DNA of 63,736 nt, filler included, from Nemertoderma westbladi (lineage: Eukaryota > Animalia > Xenacoelomorpha): the NCBI GenBank assembly GCA_032718475.1. It is 6 parts of 6 records of this genome, joined end to end, with 100 filler letters (N's around TTAATTAATTAA, not from the genome) between each part and the next. Parts side by side here need not be neighbours in the genome. Positions count along the whole stretch, not along the records: positions 9,752 to 23,021 come from JAUCBJ010003719.1; positions 23,122 to 31,739 come from JAUCBJ010002614.1; 4 more parts are not named here. One strand, 5' to 3'. Position 1 is the first letter of the stretch. Every line of letters begins with the position of its first letter. The notes under the pieces were generated by a model. It was given only the letters and a program-made list of their open reading frames with translations. It was not told where the DNA came from and made no database searches. Position numbers and translations under genes: made by a program. Below are positions 12,833 through 24,860 of this stretch, in pieces.

Positions 12833-12993
12833 TACTACTACTAGGATCGGCATGCTGCATTGCAGCTGCATTTTTAAGAATGCTGTGCCGGCTTGTCGAC
12901 AAACTTGCGCCGCCACAACTCCCTATCACCCATGACATTTGCTAGTTCATCCGCATCTTCAAAGCCAGTGTCCTTTAAGATGCGTCTCAAGAA
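12833..12993 (-). mobile_element. RTE-like LINE family B, 3' fragment with (TAG)n tail
   Basis: tactactactaggatcggcatgctgcattgcagctgc... is nearly identical to 32130-32292. Confidence 0.85.
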
Positions 12994-14099
12994 AGAGAAG
13001 AAAGAATAATTTTTCAGTATAAAAGGGTCCCGTTCCCCGTGATCTTTGTCATTAGAGCGAATACCTCGGTAGGAGATTAATACCCTAAAACGTTTTGGCA
13101 GATTGTGACCCTGACTGGCTGCTCGATTCCTACGGCTCCTTTTACTACTGTTTGCGAGAGGACGGGAGCAGAGTGAGAGTTAGTTTTCCGCAAAACAAGT
13201 GGTGCAAGAAAATCAATTCCTTTTTTTATCAATAAAATTGTTAATATTCCATGATTTTAAATAAATTTGGTATTGTCTGAAAGCTGATCAAAAATGTAAT
13301 TTAATGATCATCAAACAATATCACCTAAACATATTTAAATAAATTTTGGTCAAAAAAACGATGTTTTTTTTACCCCAAAATGGGGTAAAACAAAAACAAG
13401 TGAGTAAATAAAAAACATAGTTTCAAGTGTGGAATCATGGCAGCTCAGTAGTAGTAGTCCTACATAACTGTATAATCTGATGCCTCTGTAGCATCACTGT
13501 CTCTGTCTCTGTCACCGCCTCTGTAGCCGACGTAGCATTCGATCAGACTCAATCATGCAGTCTGGGTGTCAATCAGCCTCGGGTAGTTTTTTAGATCGTG
13601 TATCCCACCATGTATAAAGGTGCTGAGTTCAGTCTTGTATTCCTCAAGAGCAGCCCGTATTTACTCTTCATTCCATATAAAATCAATTTCTTTAAATATG
13701 TACGTGGCATATTATATTGGTTGTTAAATTTCTTCAAATAATATGGCTGCAAATATAGGCATATCCGAGTAAGAGGTGTCGGTATACGGTTGGAATCTAC
13801 CATAATCATCCGAATGATACAATGAGACCATTTGTGTTGGAAAGAGCATTGCCACTTTAGTATTCAGGGAATTGAGACACTACGGTGAATTTGAAGCAAC
13901 CAATAGAATTCATGGTTGGGGAATACTGTGGTTGGAAACCTCCACCAGCCAAAATAATAAAAAACGCTCTTTCAACTGGTAATAATATCACTTTCTCACT
14001 TTTAAGTGAACTTGAGTTATGTTATGTTTTTTATATACCCCACAAAGCAGTCTGTATTTTTACCCCCAATGTCTATATAGTTAATGTTAAATGTTTTAG

Positions 14100-14415
14100 A
14101 ATGATGACGTCATCTGTTGGTGTTTTATCCAATCAGCTGTTTGCTTGTTTCACTCAAGATATTACTGAAGTGAAAACTCTTTGGTCCTACAGGCAAGGGG
14201 AATCCAAGTGGGAACAGTTATACACATTGCCTTCTAGAATGTTCCACGCCATACCGGTATCCATCGTTACGAGGATCCATAAACAAACTGTCGTACCGGA
14301 AGTAGCCCTAGTCAGTGACGATGACGTCATACAAGTTGATGACGATGAAGATGATACCAATGCAACAGTTATGGATATATATGTTGACACGAGAGAACTT
14401 TCCAGTATTTCCTGA
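14100..14415 (+). CDS. Putative terminal exon of a kelch/beta-propeller-like host gene
   Basis: ttttAG acceptor at 14098-14099. The junction AG|A gives Arg in frame with the upstream exon. Encodes MMTSSVGVLSNQLFAC...LWSYRQGESKWEQLYTLPSRMFH, an acidic tail and TGA. Confidence 0.5.
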
Positions 14416-14529
14416 CCTTTCATAGATAGTTAGAAATATTTATTAAAATATTTATAGTTCAATAATTGTATAATTAAACTGTTTTAAACTAAATTTTTTA
14501 ACTAAATTAAACTGGGGGGGGGGGGGGGG

Positions 14530-14635
14530 GACTTTCTTGAGACGCATCTTAAAAATCTTTGAAAATGTGGATAATCTCGCGTAGGTTATGTGGGATAGGG
14601 ATTTCTGGCGGTTCAACTTTGTTGATAAGCCGGCA
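14530..14635 (+). mobile_element. Diverged 3' coding fragment of LINE family B
   Basis: Encodes TFLRRILK...DNLA*VMWDRDFWRFNFVDKPA, matching the C-terminus of ORF 32172..32510. Confidence 0.7.
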
Positions 14636-14845
14636 TATCCGCCAGTTTGGCATCCCCAACGCCCACACATAAGGGTGTCCCACCCGGCATATCCGCCAGT
14701 TTGGTATCCCCAACGCCCACACATATGGTTTTCCCACCCGGCATATCCGCCAGTTTGGCATCCCCAACGCCCACACATAAGGGTGTCCCACCCGGCATAT
14801 CCGCCAGTTTGGCATCCCCAACGCCCACACATAAGGTTTTCCCAC
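14630..14845. repeat. 54-bp minisatellite, 4 copies
   Basis: Unit ccggcatatccgccagtttggcatccccaacgcccacacataagggtgtcccac. Confidence 0.95.
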
Positions 14846-16657
14846 ATATTTGCTTCACAGTAAAACAATAACTGAATCTCTTCGGCTGCAATATTCCCAC
14901 ACCCCATAAACTTATATAAATGGTTTTTCGTTACTTCATTTTAGTATCATCGGATTGCTAGACCAACTAACTGTGGAAGACCTTTTCTACTCCGGTATTC
15001 ATTCGATTCATGTTTATCAAATTGGAGAAACTTATTTATTAATAAATTTATTATTTTAATGTATTATTAATTGTTTTTTATTTATAGTTATTATTTATTA
15101 TATTAAGAGTTATATTATAATAATTATATTAATAGCCGTTAACTCCTGTCTCGTTTATTAATTTTTCGCACCTTGCTCATGAAATATGGAGTTTAAATAA
15201 AATGGCTACTTTTATTCCTAAGCCTAAAGATTAATAAATAGTTACTTTTAAATATCAGTACCCTTTGATTTTATAACGGTAATACTATATAGTAGACTAT
15301 AGGAAACTATCATACGAAAAAAGTTAATGGGACAGATGATAGCCACATTAACTCGGACGGAACTGTCTGTCTTAAATGTTTAACTGTTTATCTTGTATTT
15401 CATGTAAAATACATCAATACAAATAAAAAATACAATTTTCTCCTTATTTTAATAGAAAGATTTTTGTACATGGACATCTAAATAATTATAATATCCAAAG
15501 AAAAACGCTGACCAAGTGGGATAAAACTCATACAAAACATCTCGCCAAGTCAGACAATTCTTACTAAAACACAAGTTTGTGTTCATACCAACTCGAAACG
15601 TAGTTTCTAAAATGGTTAGACCAGCTCGTGACATAAAAGTGTAAACACATATTTGTGTTTTTACCAAGTCAATACAACAACGAAATATATACAGGACCAA
15701 GTCAACATTGTAATCTGAAAACACAAATATGTGTTTCTACCAGTTTAAGTGTTAATCCACGCTGCATTGGGCTTGCCAATTGTGGATTGCATGGTGGTGA
15801 CAAAATGTTTTTCTTAATAAGCCAGCAGCATAGCATCTCAATGTGCAGTTTCAATACAGCAGGCCAATTATAGTAGTAGTGCTATTCAATACCAAAGGAC
15901 CTGTCTTGTGGAAATATATGCCTAATGTCTTCAAATTTAGGTTCATTAATGTAGCTGAGGTGTCCTAGACGTTTTTACTCCGTTGTTTGAACAAAGGCTG
16001 TCTCCACGCTAAGTGGATGATCGCTGATTAGTGATTATGTTAAGTCAAGGTTTATGGGAAATTAACATGCCCAGTCTTACAATTCAATTAGCTAAGTATA
16101 TTTGGAGTTAATTTTGATAGGGACATGTAACTATCAATTTGTTTACATGAATAAACTTGAATTAGGTATTAATAATTCTAATTGTAGCGGTACCTTGTTC
16201 AACGAGTATAACAACAAATAAAACCCCGACTTTTGACTAATTTATTGATATTATCACAATTCGGTTACGATACACATGATTTATTTAGCCTCTTGTTAAC
16301 ATTGGACTCATTCTAACGGCAATTAAAAACATGAATATTTGCTTGGGATTTCAAATAACTCATTTTATTCTGTAAAAAATTGTCTATGCAATTAATTTTA
16401 GTCTTTACTTTGCGCCTTTGTACCTTAGCAGAAAAGGCGTTTTATAAATAACTTTATTATTATTATTATTATTAAAGATATTTGGTTAAGTTTTGAAATG
16501 TAAAAGTGCCGGAATTCCTTGGCACACAACTATAGCGCTGTGATTTTCTAATATAATGTCGAAGGGTTTCAAAATATGGAGTTAAATTTTACCGATGTTG
16601 TTGTGATTGGGAATCAGACCAGCTTTAAGATAGCTCATGTTTTAGGTAAGTAAAGTC

Positions 16658-18655
16658 GGAGTCCGGACAATTGCGACCCGGACAATTGCGACCCGAACAA
16701 TTGCGACCCGGACAATTGCGACCCGGACAATTGCGACCCATGTTTTTAAATAAAAATTATGGGTCTTAACCCTATTACCACTGGGGGGGGGGGGGGGGGC
16801 GGCGAATCGGCCCCTTCCTAGTTTTTAGTTGCTGTAACTATGCAACCACATTACGTACCGGCCCAATTTTTTGTGAGAATTAGCCAAATTTAATGCCGCA
16901 TCTTTTGCAAAAAACGCCGTTGCAATTGGATTTCTACTTTTCGATGTGGGTGCCACCTCAAAATTTGGTCTCCAGCACCAAATTTTTTGAAATTTTCGAA
17001 TTTTACAAAGTCATTCGTGATTTAGTAATTATTTATGTTTGGGCTATTTTTATTTATTTTTATTGGTTTGGATCACTCTAATGCTCTATACAAGTATGTA
17101 AGTGTAGTGGTACGTCATTTTTGGAGCACCAAAATTAGGGCGTGGCACTTCAAATTTTGAAAAATACGAGATTCGGAAAATACACTAAAGTTTTGATTTG
17201 CAAAGCATTTTTATAGGTTTTCTGGAGCGCTGAATCGATTGAAAGTAATATAGAAGCCTGAAGACTTAGTGGTTCGCCATTTTTGGTGCACCAAAATTAG
17301 GGCGTGGCACTTCAAATTTTGAAAAATACGAGATTCGGAAAATACACTAAAGTTTTGATTTGCAAAGCATTTTTATAGGTTTTCTGGAGCGCTGAATCGA
17401 TTGAAAGTAATATAGAAGCCTGAAGACTTAGTGGTTCGCCATTTTTGGTGCACCAAAATTAGGGCGTGGCACTTCAAATTTTGAAAAATACGAGATTCGG
17501 AAAATTCACTAAAGTTTTGATTTCAAATTAATTTTATAGGTTTTCTGGAGCGCTGAATCGATTGAAAGTAATATAGAAGCCTCAAATCCTTTGTGTACGT
17601 AATTTTCGGTGCACCAAAATTAGGGCGTGGCACTTCAAATTTTCAAAATTTCTTTATTCGGAAAAAACACTAAAGTTTTGATTTCAAAAAATGGCTAACT
17701 TCTAAGTCTTCAGGCTTCTATATTACTTTCAATCGATTCAGCGGTCTGGAAAACCTATATAAATTCGTTAAAATTTCAATTTTGGTTTATTTTCCGAATC
17801 TCGTATTTTTCAAAATTTGAAGTGCCACGCCCTAATTTTGGTGCACCAAAAATGGCAAACCACTCAGTCTTCAGGCTTCTATATTACTTTCAATCGATTC
17901 AGCGGCCCAGAAAACCCATAAAGATGCGTTGAAATAAAAAAATTAGGGGCATTTTCTGAATATCTAATTTTTCAAAATTTGAAGTGCCACGCCCACTTCT
18001 TAGGTGCACGAAAAATAGCATCCACTTCAATTTTTGGATGTGGAATATAATCACATTCGATTCAGCGTCTTGAAAAACCTACTAAATCTAGCCAACACTG
18101 CCACACTATTAGTTTTTAGAAAACGAAAAATTTTGTAATTTTGTCCTGGGACTACTTTTATTTTTCATCAAAATTATGAGACCCTGCTTATGAAATTTTA
18201 ACTTTTTAAGATTTGGTAGTGTTCATCTATAGTTGTTTCACCAACAGCCCAAATTTTGTAGGATTTCATTAGACGACTACAAAAATATAGTGGGTGGGCC
18301 GAATCGGCCCCCCCCCAGTGGTGCTAATGGTCAAAACACCCCAGTGGTAATAGGGTTAATTGTCCGGGTCGCAATTGTCAATGATATACAACGATACAAT
18401 GATATTTATCAATGATATACATTACATCTTTTTATCCGGATCCGGACAATTAATTGCGACCCATCAATTTTTCCTAAAATCATGGGTCGCAATTGTCCGG
18501 GTCGCAATTGTCCGGGACGCAATTGTCCGGGTCGCAATTGTCCGGGTCGCAATTGTCCGGGTCGCAATTGACCGGGTCGCAATTGTCCGGGTCGCAATTG
18601 TCCGGGTCGCAATTGTCCGGGTCGCAATTGTCCAGGTCGCAATTGCCCTAACATC
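16658..18655. mobile_element. Foldback/MITE-like element with inverted 15-bp subterminal arrays
   Basis: (ccggacaattgcgac)n at 16663-16740 and its reverse complement (gggtcgcaattgtcc)n at 18484-18647. It interrupts a ~43-bp tandem repeat (agtctttaagatagctcatgttttaggtaagtaa) present on both sides. Confidence 0.6.
16770..18355. mobile_element. piggyBac-like non-autonomous element
   Basis: ttaa|ccctattaccactgggg ... ccccagtggtaataggg|ttaa, a perfect TIR with TTAA at 16766-16769 and 18356-18359. Internal 162-bp repeats, first direct and then inverted. Confidence 0.88.
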
Positions 18656-20202
18656 AGTCTAACGAGTCTTAAGATAGCTCATGTTTTAGGTATGTAAAGT
18701 CTAACGAGTCTTTAAGATAGCTCATATTTTAGGTTAGTCAAGTCTAACAAGTCTTAAGACAGGCCTAGTGGATAGTGGTAATTGGCAAAGTAATTATCAA
18801 GATTCCAAGTTTGAAAACCGTTTAGCACGATCTGTCTTAGTTCTCGAGATATGGTTGTCTGCCTGTTTGATTGTCGGTCTGTCCGTCAGTATGTCTCCAA
18901 AACAATAGAAAACATAGTATTTGTATAGAAAATTTCCAACATGAGTTTTCTTGGTCCAGAACTGCATTTCTGACGTTATTAATCAAATTTGGCCTGTTTC
19001 GTATCTGTCTCTATGTCAGTCAGTCTGTCCGTCAAAATTTTATCGACAGCCTGAACAGTCACCAAATGATAAAACTGACACTCGAATTCAATTCTGCGAC
19101 CAGGTAAACCACACTCCACTATAGCAAAACATTTATCTAGGTGATATGCCCTTTTCTTATATTTGACGTACAGATTGTCGGATAATTGGAAAGACCGACA
19201 GACAGACATACAAGACTAGATAGCTTTAATTAAAAGTGAAAACTGGCCGCAGAAATTAAATCAGCGACCATGAAAACTCCCACAGCAAAATTCTTAGCAT
19301 GGTTTTATGCTTTCTTGTTGCTAGATATTGACAGACTTTCTCACAATTAACAGACAACTTTTGCGTGGGAAGATTTAAACCTAAAGGCAATTTCTCGGAA
19401 TGGAATTTTTAAAATTTTAAAATTACTACTCCTCCACCCACTATTTTTCAACCAATTTTGAGTATCAAGATTTTGGTATCAAATGAAAGCTACTAATATG
19501 CGCAATAAATAATTTTTCATCTGTTATAAACATTTTTTACGAATAAAACTGCTTTTATTTAAAAATTTAAAATAATTTTGACGAAAGCATTTGAGAAAGC
19601 ATTACAAAGGAGTAGCATTTTAAGTCCAAAATATAAATTTTGACCGGAAGGTGCATAATGAATTTTTTTTGAAAATATTACAATTCTAAATAATGCTAAA
19701 TAGTCAATGTAAAAAAATTCTAAATAGTCCACTCAAAATGTATCTTACACTTTCTACTGATTTGCTTTTTGGAGCAGTGCATTTCAAAATGTTGACATCC
19801 AAGCCAGTACCCCCCCCCCCCCCATCCCTAGTTTAACTTAAGGGGGGGGGGGGGGGGGTGGGGGTTACGTTTAACCCGCTTTGGAATTCAATATATATCA
19901 ATATGAAACAAATACAAAATATAAAATTATTCAATACTACTATCAAATCATTTTATTACAAAATATTTTCATAGAGACAAAATTCCTTCCATAAGCAGAG
20001 CTATTCCCATCAACCATCAGCACCTGTGGGCACTGCTGTCCATACCAATCTACCTCTGTTATTTTTATAGTTAATTTTAACGGAGTTTCTGGAATTACAA
20101 GAAATGATAATGAAATTAAAATTGTTGGTGTCGGTATTCCGATGCGATAACTTCGTAACTGATATTTATCTTAAAATAAATTTGCTATAATTTATCATAC
20201 AG

Positions 20203-20367
20203 GAACTACTGGTATGTTCTTTTTGGCAGCTGTTGGCACTATTACTAACTTACTTTCTTTTCTAACAATGCGGCGAATTCAACCACAAACTTCATCTACA
20301 ATATACTTGCAATGTCTTAGTGTTGCGGATTTCCTCTCTTTAATTTGGGATTCAGTTGTAGCTATAG
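20203..20367 (+). CDS. Exon of a class A (rhodopsin-type, peptide-receptor-like) GPCR, TM1-TM2
   Basis: catacAG acceptor and GTTAGT donor. Encodes TTGMFFLAAVGTITNLLSFLTMRRIQPQTSSTIYLQCLSVADFLSLIWDSVVAI, with the TM1 Asn and TM2 LxxAD motif. Not in the ORF track. Confidence 0.72.
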
Positions 20368-20877
20368 GTTAGTCAATTAATATTAATTAATTTAGCCCAG
20401 CTAAGCATGTAATTCTATTTGTATCTGAGGTGGTATAATGGCTAAATGTAACAAAAATATAGTCCTGAACGATTTATCAAATTTGAAGGTGTAAATGAAT
20501 TTATTGGTTGATCGACGACGAAGTGCGTAATTTACAATATTTATTGTTGATCAGCTGTAAATATAATTTGTAAACAAAATGTTATTATTTATTAAATGAT
20601 ATTAATTTACAAATATATTATCTAAGAATGCCAATTCTTGTTACCACATAATCATTGTAATCTCCTGGAGAATTGAACAATTCATTATCCTGTTAGACAT
20701 GTTTATTTGGACTTCCTTGACATGCATAATACAGAGGGGGTGAAGATAATCCCCCAATCTCGTAGCAGAAGCCATGGATTACCACCAAATTATGTTACAT
20801 GGTACTTTGCTAATGTGATGATAATGATATTGTTCGACGGAGACATTGTGGAGGTAGCTCAGAAGTTGTGACACAGT

Positions 20878-20958
20878 TAGAAGAGGGGTGCAGTCACTAG
20901 AAGAGGGGTGCAGTCACTAGAAGAGGGATGCAGTCACTAGAAGAGGGGTGCAGTCACT
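20878..20958. repeat. 20-bp minisatellite, 4 copies
   Basis: Unit tagaagaggggtgcagtcac. Confidence 0.9.
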
Positions 20959-20981
20959 TGCCCAATATGACATTGACCAAT

Positions 20982-21465
20982 GAGTCACTTGCCCAATAAA
21001 AATCAGACGAGTCACTTTACCAATAAAAATCAGACGAGTCACTTTACCAATAAAAATCAGACGAGTCACTTTACCAATAAAAATCAGACGAGTCACTTTA
21101 CCAATAAAAATCAGACGAGTCACTTTACCAATAAAAATCAGACGAGTCACTTTACCAATAAAAATCAGACGAGTCACTTTACCAATAAAAATCAGACGAG
21201 TCACTTTACCAATAAAAATCAGACGAGTCACTTTACCAATAAAAATCAGACGAGTCACTTTACCAATAAAAATCAGACGAGTCACTTTACCAATAAAAAT
21301 CAGACGAGTCACTTTACCAATAAAAATCAGACGAGTCACTTTACCAATAGAAATCAGACGAGTCACTTTACCAATAGAAATCAGACGAGTCACTTTACCA
21401 ATAAAAATCAGACGAGTCACTTTACCAATAAAAATCAGACGAGTCACTTTACCAATAAAAATCAG
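20982..21465. repeat. 27-bp minisatellite, ~18 copies
   Basis: Unit gagtcactttaccaataaaaatcagac. Confidence 0.95.
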
Positions 21466-22924
21466 TAGTTGGGGAATCGGGAAGCCTGGAAGGGTCTCAT
21501 ATCCACTGCCCGAGCTTTCTCGACCTAGTAGTAGTTGGGGAATCGGGAAGCCTGGAAGGGTCTCATATCCACTGCCCGAGCTCTCTCGACCTAGTAGTAG
21601 TTGGAGAATCGGGAAGCCTGGAAGGGTCTCATATCCACTACTCGAGCTCTCTCGACCTAGTAGTAGTTGGGGAATCGGGAAGCCTGGAAGGGTCTCATAT
21701 CCACTGCCCGAGCTCTCTCGACCTAGTAGTAGTTGGGGAATCGGGAAGCCTGGGAGGATCTCATTTCCACTGTCCGAGTTCGCTCGACCTAGTAGTAGTA
21801 GTTGGAGAATCAGGAAGCCTGGAAGGATCTCATATCCACTGCCCGAGCTCTCTCGACCTAGTAGTAGTTGGAGAATCGGGAAGCCTGGAAGGGTCTCATA
21901 TCCACTGCCCGAGCTCTCTCGACCTAGTAGTAGTTGGAGAATCAAGAAGCCTGGAAGGGTCTCATATCCACTGCCCGTGTTCGCTCGACCTAGTAGTAGT
22001 TGGAGAATCGGGAAGCCTGGAAGGATCTCATTTCCACTGTCCGTGTTCGCTCGACCTAGTAGTAGTTGGAGTATCGGGAAGCCTGGAAGGATCTCATTTC
22101 CACTGTCCATGTTCGCTCGACCTAGTAGTAGTTGGAGAATCGGGAAGCCTGGAAGGATCTCATTTCCACTGTCCGTGTTCGCTCGACCTAGTAGTAGTTG
22201 GGGAATCGGGAAGCCTGGAAGGATCTCATTTCCACTGTCTGAGCTCTCTCGACCTAGTATTAGTTGGGGAATCGGGAAGCCTGGAAGGGTCTCATATCCA
22301 CTGCCCGAGCTCTATCGACCTAGTAGTAGTTGGAGAATCGGGAAGCCTGGGAGGATCTCATTTCCACTGTACATGTTCGCTCGACCTAGTAGTAGTTGGA
22401 GAATCGGGAAGCCTGGAAGGATCTCATTTCCACTGTCCGTGTTCGCTCGACCTAGTAGTAGTTGGAGTATCGGGAAGCCTGGAAGGATCTCATTTCCACT
22501 GTCCATGTTTGCTCGACCTAGTAGTAGTTGGAGAATCGGGAAGCCTGGAAGGATCTCATTTCCACTGTCCGTGTTTGCTCGACCTAGTAGTAGTTGGAGA
22601 ATCGGGAAGCCTGGAAGGATCTCATTTCCACTGACCGAGTTCGCTCGACCTAGTAGTAGTTGGAGAATCGGGAAGCCTGGAAGGATCTCATTTCCACTGT
22701 CCATGTTCGCTCGACCTAGTAGTAGTTGGGGAATCGGGAAGCCTGGAAGGATCTCATTTCCACTGTCCGTGTTCGCTCGACCTAGTAGTAGTTGGAGAAT
22801 CGGGAAGCCTGGAAGGATCTCATTTCCACTGACCGAGTTCGCTCGACCTAGTAGTAGTTAGAGAATCGGGAAGTCTGGAAGGATCTCATTTCCACTGTCC
22901 ATGTTCGCTCGACCTAGTAGTAGT
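21466..22924 (+). repeat. 66-bp tandem array, 22 copies, made of the 3' end of LINE family A
   Basis: Unit tggagaatcgggaagcctggaaggatctcatttccactgtccgagttcgctcgacc-tagtagtagt equals LINE positions 12019-12084. Period is 66, with one 69-bp unit carrying an extra TAG. Confidence 0.97.
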
Positions 22925-23021
22925 TGTTCGCGCTTTTGAAGACCTTTAGCAGTTTAACCTGCCAAAATTTATATGTCTTTTAGTTAATTAAAACACCTTT
23001 AGCATACGACAATATTTTATG
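22924..23021. mobile_element. Terminus of an unclassified repeat beginning TTGTTCGCGCTTT
   Basis: The same terminus occurs at 39554-39566 and, inverted, at 39667-39724 and 47462-47519. Confidence 0.55.
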
Positions 23022-24194
23022 NNNNNNNNNNNNNNNNNNNNNNNNNNNNNNNNNNNNNNNNNNNNTTAATTAATTAANNNNNNNNNNNNNNNNNNNNNNN
23101 NNNNNNNNNNNNNNNNNNNNNGCATTGGGGACCCGGTTGTTAGAGTATTAAATGAGACAAGTCTACTTTTGAGGCAGGTCCCTTTTTTGTTTTTGCTCTC
23201 TCCAGTAGGGTTTAAGACAGGCAACCGGTCAGAATCCGTGGTGGAGGTTCGGGGTGCTTTTTTGTCGAGTCAGCTCTCGGGGCATATAACACAACCTGGT
23301 TTGCCATTCCACAGGGAGGGTACATATCTTTCACCCTATAAATATCCATCACCCATTCCTATTATGAAACATATGACACACCATTCGCTATGCAGCTCAT
23401 CTGCTGGGCCATGCCCTGTACCCCGTGCTGCCAAGTGCAGGTCGCAGTGGAGTGCACTCAAATTAGAGATGAGAGCACTCTACTCCTGACCAGTCATTGG
23501 TAGATGGCTGGTCAGGCCATTTACCCCTACGCCTACAGACGAGTATATTGGTCCTTATTCATGGCGTCACTATCCCAGAACGAAGGGGGTCCAAGTTACA
23601 TGACCAGATATACATTTAGTAAGATGGTCTATGCAGCAACAGGTGGCACCTCCTTTATGCTGCATGGAGGGGATGTGGCAAGTTTTCTGGATCAATGACC
23701 CAGAATACCTGACCTGACCAAGAGTTGTGGTGATGGGTTTTGGCAATAAGATATTTTAATACTGTATATTGTATAATCTCGATGTGGCTTAGAACATCAG
23801 CAAGGAGAAGTACATAGAGGACAAAGTTGAAACTATGTTGCAGCACATAGGAACATAGGATTTATGAACAAGTAACATAATATAAAGAATGGAAAGCTTT
23901 AGGTGTAATCTTATAAGTTATGATACGCTATGTTGGTTTATGGACAAATTTGAACCGCTACAACTCACTATCCCCCATGACTTTCGCGAGATCATCGGTA
24001 TCTTCAAGGCCAGTATCCTATTGAGGCGTCTCAAGAAGGTCTTGGGGCTGTCCACCATTGTCAGCTCCCTGGTTTGCCATTCCTCAGGGTTGTTGTCGCA
24101 GTCGAGTCAAATATTATAGGGACTTCATACTCAGAAGCACATGACCCCCATTGGCTATGCAGGCAGCTTATCTGCCCTGTACCCCTGTTGCCAC

Positions 24195-24860
24195 TACTAC
24201 TACTACTACTACGATCGGCATGCTGCATTGCAGCTGCATTATATATATATTACATATATATTAAGAATGCTGTGCAGGCTTGTCGACAACATTACGCCGC
24301 CACAACTCCCTATCACCCATGACATTTGCTAGATCATCCGCATCTTCAAGGCCAGTGTCCTTTAAGATACGTATCAAGAAAGTCATGGGCTGTCCACCAT
24401 GCTTATTCGCTCCATGAGGCCGCCAAAACACAAGATTATGTACTGCTGGTCCTCACGGCGAAAGCAATGTCCTGCAAAGTGGAGGCGGTTCCGTTCAAGT
24501 ATCAAGCTATGGGAGACTAATGGGTCACCTCCAATGTTGTATAGAGTCCGATTGGAGATGTATTCTTTGTACTTGACACAATGAACCCGGCGCAGCATTC
24601 TTATAAAGTGCCATCCAGAGATTTGGTATCCTCTGCAGTTAGAGCACGGCATGGACTCCCATAAGAGAACTGGTACTACTATTGCCATAAATAATCGAAC
24701 CTTACGGTTCCGTTTTATACTATGGGACTTTCAAATCCTGTACACACTATTCAATGCTGACCATGCCTTCCCCTTACATATCCGATTGTCTTCACTTGAC
24801 TTTCTGATCCATGATCCCAAGTAGCAGAGGTCATCGACTTGCTCAAGCAAGACGTCCTTA
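24195..24860 (-). mobile_element. LINE family B, decayed 5'-truncated copy
   Basis: (TAC)n tail at 24195-24212. Peptide fragments DDLCYLGSWI, KGKAWSALN and RLHFAGHCFRRED. A further diverged piece lies at ~23940-24060. Confidence 0.85.

Noticed and set aside
20917-22861. Long repetitive ORFs (397, 162, 294 and 130 aa)
   Set aside because: They are by-products of 27- and 66-bp periods divisible by 3.
21466-22924. CRISPR-like appearance of the regular arrays (also 35306-39164 and 56571-58402)
   Set aside because: There are no unique spacers and no cas genes. These are pure tandem repeats in eukaryotic DNA.
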